From: Elsinoe ampelina
Taxonomy: Eukaryota
Reading direction: 5' to 3'
Assembly: GCA_010093995.1 (NCBI GenBank)
Contig: ML992509.1
Coordinates: forward strand, 953,850 to 1,017,849
DNA: 64,000 nt
The notes under the pieces are model-generated. The model did not search any database and was not told the origin of the DNA. It worked only from the letters and a program-made list of their open reading frames with translations. The position numbers were made by a program, and so were the translations under genes. Within the stretch, counting starts at the first letter, position 1. Every line of letters begins with the position of its first letter. Shown piece by piece: positions 23,401 to 33,928 of the stretch.

Positions 23401-26080
23401 CGAAGCGAGGAGCTGTTGGTGAAAGATGATTGGCATCCACTGAAGTGACACCACTAGCGAACTTAATGCTCGAGCCAATAGACCACCGTTCATCCTTGGG
23501 AGGTGGTGTGGGACCATTGTCAAGCGACTCGGCGCCAGGCGTGGCATGATCAGTCTCGACACCGAAACGAGCTTCCGAGAGTTGCTCGCCCGCGTCCATG
23601 CTCTCACCCGGGGTCAGAAAGATGTCGGCTGCTGACTTGTCACGGATTAGAGGAGGACTGGTGTTGCTCTCGAAGTATCCTGGGTCTGGTTGCGGCGTCA
23701 CGAAAACGTTGCCAGCATCGTACCGTGCAGGAGTCAGAAGTTCCATCTCTTCGACTTGCGGAACAGTGGCGGTCGGCGCCACGGGTGGCGGATGATACGT
23801 GACTCTATCGAGCAGGATCTGAATGGTCTGCGCATCAGAGCCATTTGCGAGACTTGTGGTACCATGTGTGTCGATTCCGCGGCGCTCCAGCTCAGCAATT
23901 AATGTCGGGTCAATGTTTCCTGTGCTCTCAAAGTCGCGTATGATTCGCTGCATGAATGTCTCGCCACTGTCGCGGGTGCGATCGGTCTCACGTGACGCAT
24001 ACGACGCTGTCCTTGAAGACTCATCCAGTTGACGAGGGGTAATGTCGGAGTCGCTCGGCAGGAAACCATCTGGAGAATCCACCGGTGTATGTGGCGTAAG
24101 ACTGTCGGCCCTGCCTTCGACTTGCAGATGCTCCAGATTCTCTCGACTTTGCTCGCCTGCATGGTCCAGCTCAGTATCAGGCGCGACGTTGTCGGCCAAT
24201 GGCGATTTACCGATGTGAATTGGCTTTCCGTCAATCTTGACGCGAATGTCCGGATTGCCGGAATCCTGCGGTGTGGTGTCTGTAGCATCAGGTGTGGCTG
24301 GCGATGTGCCTTCTCTGTACTTTAATACCTCAGTGAAGAGCGATCTCGATTCTGGGAGATGTCGATGTGGCGAGAACTCGATAGGGGTATTTTGGATCGA
24401 TCCTGGATCACTATCATGTGCTGCTCCAGTCGCCAACCTTCCCATCTTGGTAGCCAAATCCGGCGACTCGTCTTCTTCAAATTCAGTCTCGGCGGTGTCC
24501 GGCTCCGCCGAAGCGTCGAAGGGCACGTTGTGCGTATCCACGAACAGCGGTGACTTCGGATTCTCCCCAACGGGATCTAAAGTGATGGCTGGTCTCAAAG
24601 ACATCTCGTCCGGATGATTGGCCATGTCCTCATACTGGCTTGCCGCACTAGACCGTCGCCTTGTTGAAGATGCCCTGCTACTGCGTCTGTCAAATACTGG
24701 TCGATCTTCCAGATTCTGGCTAATAGCTCTCTCTATTCTGGCTCGACGCCCCGCAAGGTCTACCTTACCAAGGACTGGGTCCTTCCTCCTTTGATGCGGT
24801 CTGGCCAGTTCCTCGTCTCCAGATTTGGCCGGCTTGGCCACCCTCTCCGCAGCCTTTGCTCTTGAGGACGCGGTAGACGCAGCGGAGACAGGTTGTCGCG
24901 GGCGCGAACTACGCAAGGGTGGCGACTTTGGTGTTGCTGCCGCAATGATGTTAGCTCGTAGCGTCTTCTCCGGCGACTCTGGTCTTCGTGGATCGCCTCT
25001 TCGACCTGGCGACGTGGGTACGCTGACCCGTGGAGGTCTGTGATATTTGCTGACGGGCGTACGAGTGCGGGGCTCGTCTGGAGTATGTGCTGCTATACGT
25101 GGTTGCGACTGGGCGCGCGTTGGTGTGGAATGGGCCGGTTCAGAATCATGCGGCATGGCCAGAAATGGGAGATTCGAATATGGGAATACAGAGAATTGGG
25201 CCGGATCTGTAGAATCCGTGGAGCCCCACTGATGAGAGTCGTGTCGAAAGCCAGAAGTCTGATCACTCCTAGATCTGGAATGCATTGTGGACTCATCACC
25301 TGAAGATCTCGTCTCGTTGTCTGGCGGAGTTCTGATGTGGAAGATGTGCGCAGTACCTTTGAGAATGCTGCTTTCGGAACCTCTTCTTGCGTGATGCTTT
25401 GCAGGTTGTATGCCATATCCAAGCTCTTCAACACCGACAGGATCATAAATGACCTCGCCAAAAAGTGGTTTCTGTAGTCTTCGTTTCGGGCTCTTCGGGC
25501 TCGCTGAAGACAAGAAGCCGTCGTGGGATGCAGAGGCGTTGAGAGCTTTGGTGTTGGTATCTATCCTTGTCGGAAGTCTAGAAGACGGATGTTCGCGTCG
25601 CGATTGCAGCTTGCTCTGGCTTGCTTTTGTCGGCGACCTAGGCTTCATGAGCTTCGCAGGTTTCTGTGATTGTTGTGCTCTACGGTATCGTTCTTGCGTG
25701 GTGAGCGGGACAATTGGTGCCTCATCTTGATTGAAGCGCGTGACCAAATCTCTGAAGTCGCGCTTGATGGGGGTAGCAGCATTTGATCGTGATCGAGAGT
25801 TGCTTATGTGTGCAGGCGAACCTTTCGCATTCGTGTATCGCTGTTGCCGTGTTGGCGAGCGCGAAAGAATGCGAGCCTGAGAAGTCGCAGTGCCGTGAGT
25901 GTAGGAAGAGGTGGGCGGAATGAGAGTCGCGGTCGCGGGCGGAGGACAAGAGAATGATGTGGGCTCGAGCCGTGGGCTCAGGGTATTGGGTTGATATGAA
26001 GTGTAAAAGTCTCGAGCTTGGTCAAAGTCGTCAAGCTGATCATCGGCGGCGGCCTGTTGCCGAGACATGATGTCTGACAT
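20486..26080 (-). CDS. Rho guanine-nucleotide exchange factor with DH, BAR and C-terminal SH3 domains (dynamin-binding protein/Gef1-like)
   Basis: 1864-aa ORF. DH domain (RRNIIKELVDTEYSY...LLVKPVQRILKYPLLL), a helical BAR-like region, and an SH3 domain (ASLFEF...YLTYVQGEVFDV...WLAK...GWIWEQHF). Confidence 0.9.
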   Translation of the reverse strand: MSDIMSRQQAAADDQLDDFDQARDFYTSYQPNTLSPRLEPTSFSCPPPATATLIPPTSSYTHGTATSQARILSRSPTRQQRYTNAKGSPAHISNSRSRSNAATPIKRDFRDLVTRFNQDEAPIVPLTTQERYRRAQQSQKPAKLMKPRSPTKASQSKLQSRREHPSSRLPTRIDTNTKALNASASHDGFLSSASPKSPKRRLQKPLFGEVIYDPVGVEELGYGIQPAKHHARRGSESSILKGTAHIFHIRTPPDNETRSSGDESTMHSRSRSDQTSGFRHDSHQWGSTDSTDPAQFSVFPYSNLPFLAMPHDSEPAHSTPTRAQSQPRIAAHTPDEPRTRTPVSKYHRPPRVSVPTSPGRRGDPRRPESPEKTLRANIIAAATPKSPPLRSSRPRQPVSAASTASSRAKAAERVAKPAKSGDEELARPHQRRKDPVLGKVDLAGRRARIERAISQNLEDRPVFDRRSSRASSTRRRSSAASQYEDMANHPDEMSLRPAITLDPVGENPKSPLFVDTHNVPFDASAEPDTAETEFEEDESPDLATKMGRLATGAAHDSDPGSIQNTPIEFSPHRHLPESRSLFTEVLKYREGTSPATPDATDTTPQDSGNPDIRVKIDGKPIHIGKSPLADNVAPDTELDHAGEQSRENLEHLQVEGRADSLTPHTPVDSPDGFLPSDSDITPRQLDESSRTASYASRETDRTRDSGETFMQRIIRDFESTGNIDPTLIAELERRGIDTHGTTSLANGSDAQTIQILLDRVTYHPPPVAPTATVPQVEEMELLTPARYDAGNVFVTPQPDPGYFESNTSPPLIRDKSAADIFLTPGESMDAGEQLSEARFGVETDHATPGAESLDNGPTPPPKDERWSIGSSIKFASGVTSVDANHLSPTAPRFERYSQESAMSLPEIEVGGPLEGVLGFEAPESPPRAGIKPPPSPPAPAHAPPPPPMVGDAFIIEPQPPSEPPTPDSPTVGIAITSSLRPSEESQRAGSSSVPPSQSMSSISQTSINAESTDRSSPVLAEDKEPSQVERRLAKRRNIIKELVDTEYSYHQDMKIIEDIYKATVGSLISAEDKKALFGNVDQVEALSLDLYDAFRRAVAPFYVPSKSTRWQTKRGSGTSGGTDQPASEQPSEDQDRLTAIGSVFEKFLPRIEQVYSFYLKNHESANKRLAVLQTDPTVMCWLNECHNNASDITSAWDLDSLLVKPVQRILKYPLLLQQLLAVTPPDHPDHAALSNAVIESTNVSQRINEAKRRADLVESIVQRKKKDTDMRSGLAKAFGLRTDKVKERIGIKNEYQDSEYEDLAMKFGGHYVRLQVVMRDVQGSLTEIDRAVEKFNAFAMALEGFIDVGQCIYPEIESKWRKFILAIRELSNVALADHKTQIKKRVIDPIVTALRLHESPQNIMGKRKKRMIDYARCKQMEKQGQKPDKKLLEGAEMYTALNEQLKIDLPRLYSLTAQLIQRCLACHHQIQLAWLWTWEMKLRPVLGSLPESPPDSWEQILPDFRAEHDLVSTQLYSLGLCNGSLLHEASQFLSPQMSFSTADDPYRPSRPEGISSRTQSIGSEYSPSLHQSETPRTQSAAQLPGFYNANVSINGQQYARARSSSNLSARDIHQRGRAASVPRPDGTPRLPSQGPKSSFSNSRPPTAPRPSDLYSPGYGYQRGSVDAGGSSSQRPSRPDSGTSYFSAQQEPSDRAQRSSGIFSSAMPMSNDSSHGATSALAGMGMGIAGVAYPGTALGSPTQGHGVLQQAPTQQSLAASMAAPSIASSTSQSTTTTGSTIQPPLSPRYAPPDMPVQWVAASLFEFNIDRARREAGYPYLTYVQGEVFDVVGSKGELWLAKNQDDPDRMLGWIWEQHFVILGREG

Positions 26081-27187
26081 ATACGCGACGTCCCAGGATG
26101 GCGTCTTGAGATGTTTTGACTACCTCTGCCGCTCCATGACCGACATGTGGATGTCTGTACGACTTGTGTAGCTTGTGATTCGGATGCGCGCAGTCGTTAC
26201 TATGCAACTTGACGAGAGTCTCCGTCACCACGGATTCCAATCGGATTGCTGATAGTGAGTGACTGTTTTCGTTACAGTATCTGGGGTGGTAATGGCGAGA
26301 TGAGACGAGATCAAGATGGATTGACAGGACAGGAAGAAGTGGAGGCTCAATCACGAAGAACAGTGGCCCAAGCGCTGACGGGCCCACGCAGATGGGCGAC
26401 AGCGAGACAACGAAGACAGCTCAAATAACTAGACGTCAAGCACCAAATGGGCTTCGCTCGCGTGGAAAGCTGCCCTTAGACCGTCCCTAGTGCAGATCTT
26501 TGGGTGGGAAAATTGTGGGTTCCGTTCCCTTTCTCAGTGTTTCTCCAACTTCCTACCAGAGCCCTATCCTTGTTCAATATACAGCATGTATTTCTATGGC
26601 AGTCCTGTCATTTGATCACGCATGCACCCTTGCTCCGGCCAGCTGCAGAATTTTTCATGCACCTCTGGGCACGCTTCAAGGCAGTGTTTGTGTCCTGGTC
26701 GCATCAACAAAACAAAGTGTGCATCAGGAACAAGATGCTTTGTCTCAGAGAAAACGCCCTTCCCGTCGCGTCTCCGCTGGCGGTGGAAAGAGGTTATTCT
26801 GCTGCAGTTGAAAGTGTAGCCGGGCGGCCAGAAACCGCAGCCCTGCCGTTCCAAGAATGTTCCGGATCTATCTTGGACGAGCAGGGCTTCCTATGAAACG
26901 AATAATAGCACATCATTGTGACCCTTTGTCGATTATTCAAAGAAGCCGCGGGACATTGTCCTCCATCTTGCGGTGTCCGCAGCACAGTCATCGACGCGAA
27001 CCTTGGATCGTGCAAGTTCGGTAGGATTGCACCAGCCACAACGAGTCAAGGCCATCTCCACAATTATTTCCACTGTCCGATGTCCGGCTTGGCCATGCCC
27101 GTCTGTCAACTTCTCCTTCATGCTCCCGTCATCTATCCACAAATCATCATTCCAACCAGTATCTTTTCTTTGACCTGACGAAGACGA

Positions 27188-29417
27188 CTATGATGTGCCA
27201 CTGGCCACTTCTTCTACTTGTCCTTCTTCCATGAGCCGAAGCTCATTCTCGATCTTGCGCTGCGCAAAGGTAAATTTAGGGTACAGGAATGGTCGAAGGT
27301 CGAATCTGTTGTCATCCGGAGCATCTACCAATGTCAGTAAGATTGTGCCACCGTGATCAAGCAGGGCATGTCTTACATTGTTCGGCATAGTATGCGGGTG
27401 TCTGGTCGGCAGTCAGTTACACTCAACTTATCTTCCTACTTCATTAACCACTTACAATCGTCGTCATCTTGTGCCTGTTAATCGCGTAATAGTACATAAA
27501 GTCCCGGACCTTCTTGTATACTTCTCGGGGTGTGCATCTGTCTTGCCAATCGACGACAAGCTTCTGCCACATCGAATAAAGCCCGAACTTGTTGACTTTT
27601 CGGAGTGTGCCGTAGACCGACAACTCTGCATATGTCATGCCCATGTCGGCTTCGTCAGACTGGACATAGTCGCTGGTGATTGGTTCCAGCTCCGCCGTCG
27701 GTGTCGCCTCGATGAACTCCTTCAGTATAGGAAGGTCAAATGCTGTCTCCGCCCAGGCAATGAAGCGCTTGAGATCAGTCTTGCTAATCCCTCCGATTGG
27801 ATTAATATCAGCACTGCTGCAATCGTACTTGGTCAGGTAGCCTCGTAATGCCTCGTCCACGTTCGCGGACCCAAGAATGAGCAGACCACCGCTACCCCCT
27901 CTCACTGTTGGAAGCAATTGTCCAAGACCGTAGGAAAGGACCATTCTTGTTCGACTTTGAAAGTTTTGCAGTGCCAGGTTCTCAGCGTTCGAACCACCAT
28001 GAACCTTGAACTTGGGTTGAAAGTCCAACGTCTCCGAGATCAGGGTGCGGACGGCGTTGAACACGGCGTCGATGTTCATATCAATGTGATGCGAGCCGAT
28101 AGCTTTGCCAAGATCCTTCGCCCTGGTTCTCGTTTCCACACTGGACTGCTCCTTCATCCCCATATATGCAGTACAGAAGATCTTGTTGCAGAATTGTTGG
28201 GCCGATAATTGACTGGGGTCCTCTCTGCCGCAGAGCCTTCTTGCATCCTCCAGCACCTCCTGATTCCCTTCTTTGATCGCAGCTACAACCATCCGGCACA
28301 TCGAAAACACAATGACCGCGGTGGCACAGGAGTCGATTCCGCCACTCAGCGGTACAAAGTAGCCGGACGCTTTCGATCTACGGAGGTAGTCCCACATCCA
28401 AGCTGCGGGTCCCAAAGCAATCTCTTCCTCCGGCTTGTGGTAGACAACGCCCCGTGAGGCCGTAGCGTGTTTGCGAGAGGTTGCAACATCCTTCTTGCTT
28501 GTGAGGTAGAAGTCTACTGAGATGCGCTCAAAAGTCGCCGACTCCATGGATTGAGCACCCCTGCTTCTCGAAGCTCTGCTCGACCAGACATCGTCCAAGT
28601 CGACAGTCGCCGTGAGCACTTCCACATCCCTCAGGGAGAACTGAGAGCCTTGCGCAAGAACCTTGCCGTTGCTGAGGATGAGAGAAGAACCATCGTAGTA
28701 GAGCCTGTCGCCGTCACATCCGCGCTGGTTCGCATACATATACACTCCACCAGATTTGGCTGTGGCTTCCAAGATGAGGTTGACTCTTGTGTCAAGCTTT
28801 CGCAGCTCATGATGGCTGCCACTGGAATTGAGAATGATCTCTACGCCTTGTAGCGAATATTCTGCATGTGGAGAGTCTGGCGTCCATAATTCCTCGCATG
28901 TCTCTGTCGTGAAGGATGCATCGAGTGTATCGAATATCATGTCGCCAATGCGGGTCTCCTTCTGACCGATCAAGTCCTGTATTTCTTGTGGCAAAGAATA
29001 TGATTCCACCCGATATCTCTTCCAAGCTGTGAAGTAACGCATTTCACGGTAATTGCCATCGTTGCAGAGCCAGATCTTTGGGCGAATGGCTATGATCTTC
29101 TTGTTCAGGGCGATGACACGAGCGTTGAAAGGATTCCCGCGATGCCGAACAGGTAGACCGAGATCGATGATGATGTCCTGACATTCTGGATGACTCAGGA
29201 TCTGAGCGACCACTTCCCACGAATGGTCGTATACATCAAGCTCAAGAAAATGATCAAGCAGACCATAGCCTGGTATACAGAGCTCAGGCGTTAGTATAAG
29301 CTTGGCTCCAGTATGTTTCGCTCGTTTGATAGCTTCAATGATTCGGTCTCTGTTGCCATCAAAATCCAGGGCCCATTGGTTCAGCTGGCAGGTCGCGATT
29401 GTAGCCAGCCGACCCAT
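27188..29417 (-). CDS. QNS1: Glutamine-dependent NAD+ synthetase (introns 27402-27455, 27325-27376)
   Basis: Nitrilase-like glutaminase domain (PEL, RPK, TCEELW) and synthetase motifs PLSGGIDS, GYLTKYDCSSADINPIG and PTAELEP. Spliced tail [30 protein letters not shown]. Confidence 0.96.
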
Positions 29418-30362
29418 GACGAGATGATTGATTATCCGGGCAGTTCAGCGCTTCTGAAGTTGTTGCTCAATAGCGATTTGAGACTACCAGCAGAAGCAGT
29501 CAACAGTGAAATACTCTACTAAGGACAATGTAAGTTACCTGCCTAGGGCACTTTTTCCAGACAGATTGACGTACGTCGGTCGATCGCGAGGTTTGTTCCG
29601 AGCACGGCCGATACGAGAGTGGGGTTGACAGAAGCTCGGACGATCCCCTCCGAACAGGTAGGGAAGCAATCTGGTTGGTGTTCAAGCTGCGCTACATACC
29701 TTCATGCTTGCAATCGACTATCGCTGACTACAATACCATTGCTCCAGGCGTACGCACGCGCAGTCTCAACTGGCCCCAAATGCCTCAGTCGTGTTACACG
29801 TCATTAGTCGCGCGGAGCTCGGCAAACGGGAGAGCTCCTGTGAAACATGCAGATAGCATGCACTTGAGCCGCATCCACCCATCAGAAATCTTGCATAAAC
29901 CTGCGCTAGATCTGCAACCATCGACTAGCGCCAGTCAACCTCTTACGCACGCGCAGACATGATGGAGAACATGGAGAAACGCATCGTACCATGGTGGTTG
30001 AAAAACTAGCTTGATGGTTCGACCGACCACATCATCTTGTTGACCGTTCACAGATGTATCGGTGCAACCAAATTGACCGTCCGATTTGAACCCCAGATTG
30101 CATCGTTGGATGTAAAAACAAGATTGAAGCTATGCATGATAAGGTATTTTAGCGCGAGTCAGTCTAGGAGCTGCTTCCTTCCTAAACCCCCGGCCACTGC
30201 ACTTTTTTCCCGCCGCCCGCATAGCAACCACCGCTTAAAGTCGAGCTCTCGCCCACCGACGGCCGCATTCTTCCTCACTCACCTTGCGTCTCTCGCCTGG
30301 ATACTTTCACAAGCATCAATCAATACCAGAGCAGTAGCAGTACCCAAAGCATCATATCCGAC

Positions 30363-30516
30363 GTAAGTACTTTCCCTGAATCCGCTGCGATTCCCGAGCT
30401 CATAGCGAACGAGAGCTTTGACTGTCGCCATCGTCGCTCAATCTCATATTCTCGCTCCAGACCTTCTGGGTACCAGTCGCAAGATGTCGTTGCAAAACCT
30501 CTGCTAACAATCACAG
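30363..30516 (+). other. Predicted 5'-UTR intron (154 nt) of the GPI-anchored protein gene
   Basis: GTAAGT donor at 30363, TGCTAAC branch site, and CAG ending at 30516, 5 nt before the ATG at 30522. Confidence 0.7.
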
Positions 30517-30521
30517 TCAAA

Positions 30522-31146
30522 ATGCTCTACACATCCCTCCTCGTCGCCGCTTCGGCATTCGTCACCTCCGTCACTGCTCAGATTCAGATCAACCCAGGCA
30601 CGGTTCCTCAGGCTGAGCGCAACGGCTGGTGTGATGCTCAGAGAAACACTTGCCCCGTTATCTGCCAGAATGGTACAACTGCGAACACTTGCGATCCTGT
30701 TAGTATTGACTCGTCAACACGAATCTCTACACTTGCTAATGCCGTGACAGAACACGCTGCAATACAACTGTCTCTGTGTCTCTGGTGCGACCCCGAACAT
30801 CTCCGATTACAGCCAAACCCTTCCATTCTTCATCTGCCAGACCTCGATCGCACAGTGCGTTGCCGCCACCACCGACGCTTCCGTCCAAGCTCGATGCCGC
30901 GACGTAACCTGTGGAAGCAGGAACGCCTCAGCAGAGACAGCCACCACCTCGTCGGCAGCTCCTTCCAGCACGTCAGTATCTTCGCAGACCTCGTCCGCCG
31001 CCAGTAGCCCAACCGGGTCCGCCGCAAGCGCCAGCTCTAGTGCACCTGCTGCCACTGGCGCAGCCTCTGCCTTGGCCGCTGCGCGCGATTACGGCACTCC
31101 TGCCCTCATGGCCGGCATGCTCGCCATCTTCGGCTTCGCCATGTAA
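30522..31146 (+). CDS. Secreted, probably GPI-anchored Cys-rich and Ser/Thr-rich cell-surface protein (intron 30699-30750), 190 aa
   Basis: Signal peptide MLYTSLLVAASAFVTSVTA; Cys domain (WCDAQRNTCPVIC...NTCDP-NTLQYNCLC...TLPFFIC...C...C...TCG); S/T/A stalk; hydrophobic tail GTPALMAGMLAIFGFAM. Confidence 0.88.
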
Positions 31147-31925
31147 GATCTTCCCAAAAGCATTGATCAGCTAGGAATTGGTATGGGCACGGAATTGGGA
31201 TAAGGAAAGTGGAGGAGCCAGGAGTAGTAGCGATTCAGCGTAGCGTTCGGTTATGCAGCGCTTGTCATTACGCCGTCACACGAAGTTAAGATAGAGATTA
31301 CCCCAAAGCTGTTTGATTTTCACCGCGATTCAGTCACTAATTTCCCGTGAGCAAAGTGAAACGCCATGTAATTTATGCAAATTCTGCTATCATGGTTTAC
31401 AGTCCTTCATATCTCATTAGCATAGGTCCACCGGATTGGACATGCGGTCCGCAAGTGGCCGTCTGCTCGGCGGAGTCCATGTCTACAAGGTGCAGTAGTA
31501 GAATGCGTTTACCCTTGATCTGGAGACCTGAGGCCCTGGATCAGCAATCGTCACATGTGGGGCTGGATGATCTGCAGGGCCAGCAAGCTCTTTTTTTATG
31601 CTAGGCCTGCATGAAGAAACAAACGAACACCTTTTTGGTCACACAGCGTAGAGACAGGCTGCGACCAGATGTTTGCGATGAACATGTACGGCACCCGTCG
31701 GCAAAGACAGCAGTTTCGATGGGTGATCATCCATCAACACCAATTGTTGGACCTTGGCTAACTACCTTATCGGTGAAGCCGAGCTGACATGTGATGACGC
31801 TCTCCGCGGTTGAGAGAAGGGTCAAAATTTTGGGGAAGCAAGTTGAGCTTCCTCGCCTTCCACAACGCCGACCAACGAAATCGTCGCTTTCTTCACTTCA
31901 TCTCGAAGAGCTTTCGCCCCAATTC

Positions 31926-33432
31926 ATGCTCAAACCTCTTTGGAGGACTACACTACCGACACCGGGACCGTCAATCCTTTCGACCAAAGCTCAAACATTT
32001 GTGCATCATCCGAAGCTTTCCCCACTCGTTCGTTTCAACTTCCATCGGAGTATCATGGGTTCCCTCGGCGCATACGCGAAGAAGCACAAAGTAGCTGTCA
32101 TTGGATCCGGCAATTGGTACTTACTGGAGCTTCCAGATCTGTAGCAAGCAAGCAAGCTGACCGCCCACCACAGGGGTACAACAATCGCCAAAGTCGTGGC
32201 CGAGAACACTGTTGAGAATGCCGACCTCTTCGAACCAGATGTCGAAATGTGGGTTTTTGAAGAGCAAGTCACAATACCGAAGAGCAGCCCATCTTATGAC
32301 CCTGGATCGGAGCTCAGCACGAAACCCCACAAGTTGACGGATATCATCAACTCGATTCGCGAGAACGTCAAGTACCTCCCTGGCGTCCCTCTACCCAAGA
32401 ACATTCATGCCAATCCCTCGATCGAGTCCGCTGTCAAGGATGCCACCATCTTGATCTTCAACCTCCCACATCAATTCATTGCCAAATCATGCGAGAGCAT
32501 TCGAGGCAAGGTCTTGCCCTTCGCTCGCGGCGTCTCGTGTATCAAAGGAGTCGAGGTATCGGATCAAGGCATTGAGCTCTTCTCAGAGTCGATAGGTCGG
32601 AAGCTTGGGATCTACTGCGGCGCTCTGTCCGGAGCCAACATTGCCTCGGAAGTTGCCCTTGAAAAGTGGTCAGAAACGACCGTGGCCTACGACCCACCGA
32701 GCATGGATAGCCGACACCCGACACCCAAAGGATCTCCTAGGCAGAGTATCGATATCAACGTGAGTGAGGTGGACACACAGGCACTTAGCAGAGGGGAGAA
32801 GAGTAAACCCAAATTGACACCACTGCCGAGCGAGTACCCACCTTTGAGTCACGAGAACATGAAGAAGCTCTTTCACAGACCATACTTCCACGTCAGACTA
32901 GTTGATGATGTAGCCGGCGTCTCGCTCGGAGGAGCGCTCAAGAACGTCGTTGCTCTGGCAGCAGGATGGGTCGACGGTCTTGGCTGGGGTGATAACGCAA
33001 AGGCAGCGGTCATGCGCGTGGGCATTATGGAAGAGGTCAAGTTCGGAAAGATGTTTTTCTCCGAAAGCGTCAAGACTCAGACATTCACCGAGGAGAGCTG
33101 CGGCGTTGCAGACATGATCACTAGCTGCAGTGGAGGGAGAAACTTCAGATGTGCTAAGCTCAGCGTGGCGAAGAATAAGCCCATCGCAGAGGTAGAAGCC
33201 GAGGAGCTCAATGGACAGAAGCTACAAGGTACCAGCACGGCATATGAGGTGAACGCTTTCTTGAAGAAGCAGGGTAAGGAGGGCGAGTTCCCGCTCTTCA
33301 CAGCAGTGTACAGTAAGAATCTGCCCACACCGATCGTATCTTCTCTTGTGCTGACGTATCTTCCTAGAAATTTTGGAGGGCAAGAACAAGCCGGAAGACA
33401 TTCCTGACATGCTGGTCGGCAAGACTTGTTGA
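31926..33432 (+). CDS. GPD1: NAD+-dependent glycerol-3-phosphate dehydrogenase (introns 32117-32173, 33313-33367); alternative start at 32055
   Basis: VIGSGNWGTTIAK after splicing, [56 protein letters not shown]. Confidence 0.95.
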
Positions 33433-33928
33433 GGACGCGCATCGTGACACATAATTGAGAAGGAGGACGGGACCCAACTTACGATCAGATGAGAGGGAAT
33501 TCGTCATGGAGAGGATAGACAATCCGACGAAGAATTGAGAGCATGACATACTGCGGCTTGCTTCAGGAGGATGTACGACCGCATGACCTTGAGGCAAACC
33601 ATGAGCGGTTGACAGCTCCGTCGAGAGAGCAAGTTGTAAGCAGACTACCAAATATCTAACAATCCTTCATGAATGACCTAACATTCCCGTCCCTCATCGT
33701 CAAGAAAATGAACCGGCTCTGTGCATGCATTGGACCCTTGCACGTGTCAGCTCCACATCCCGAAAACACCCTGACGTCAGATACTTGGACCTCTTCGACA
33801 CGAAAAGTTCGTGACTTCCGGACATGCCGTAGCACGACAGGTAGGTGTATCGGAGATGACTGACTTCCGTGTTCCCTTTAAGTCTTGAGCGTTTCTCTTT
33901 CCTTTCAGTCAATTGCTATGAACATACC

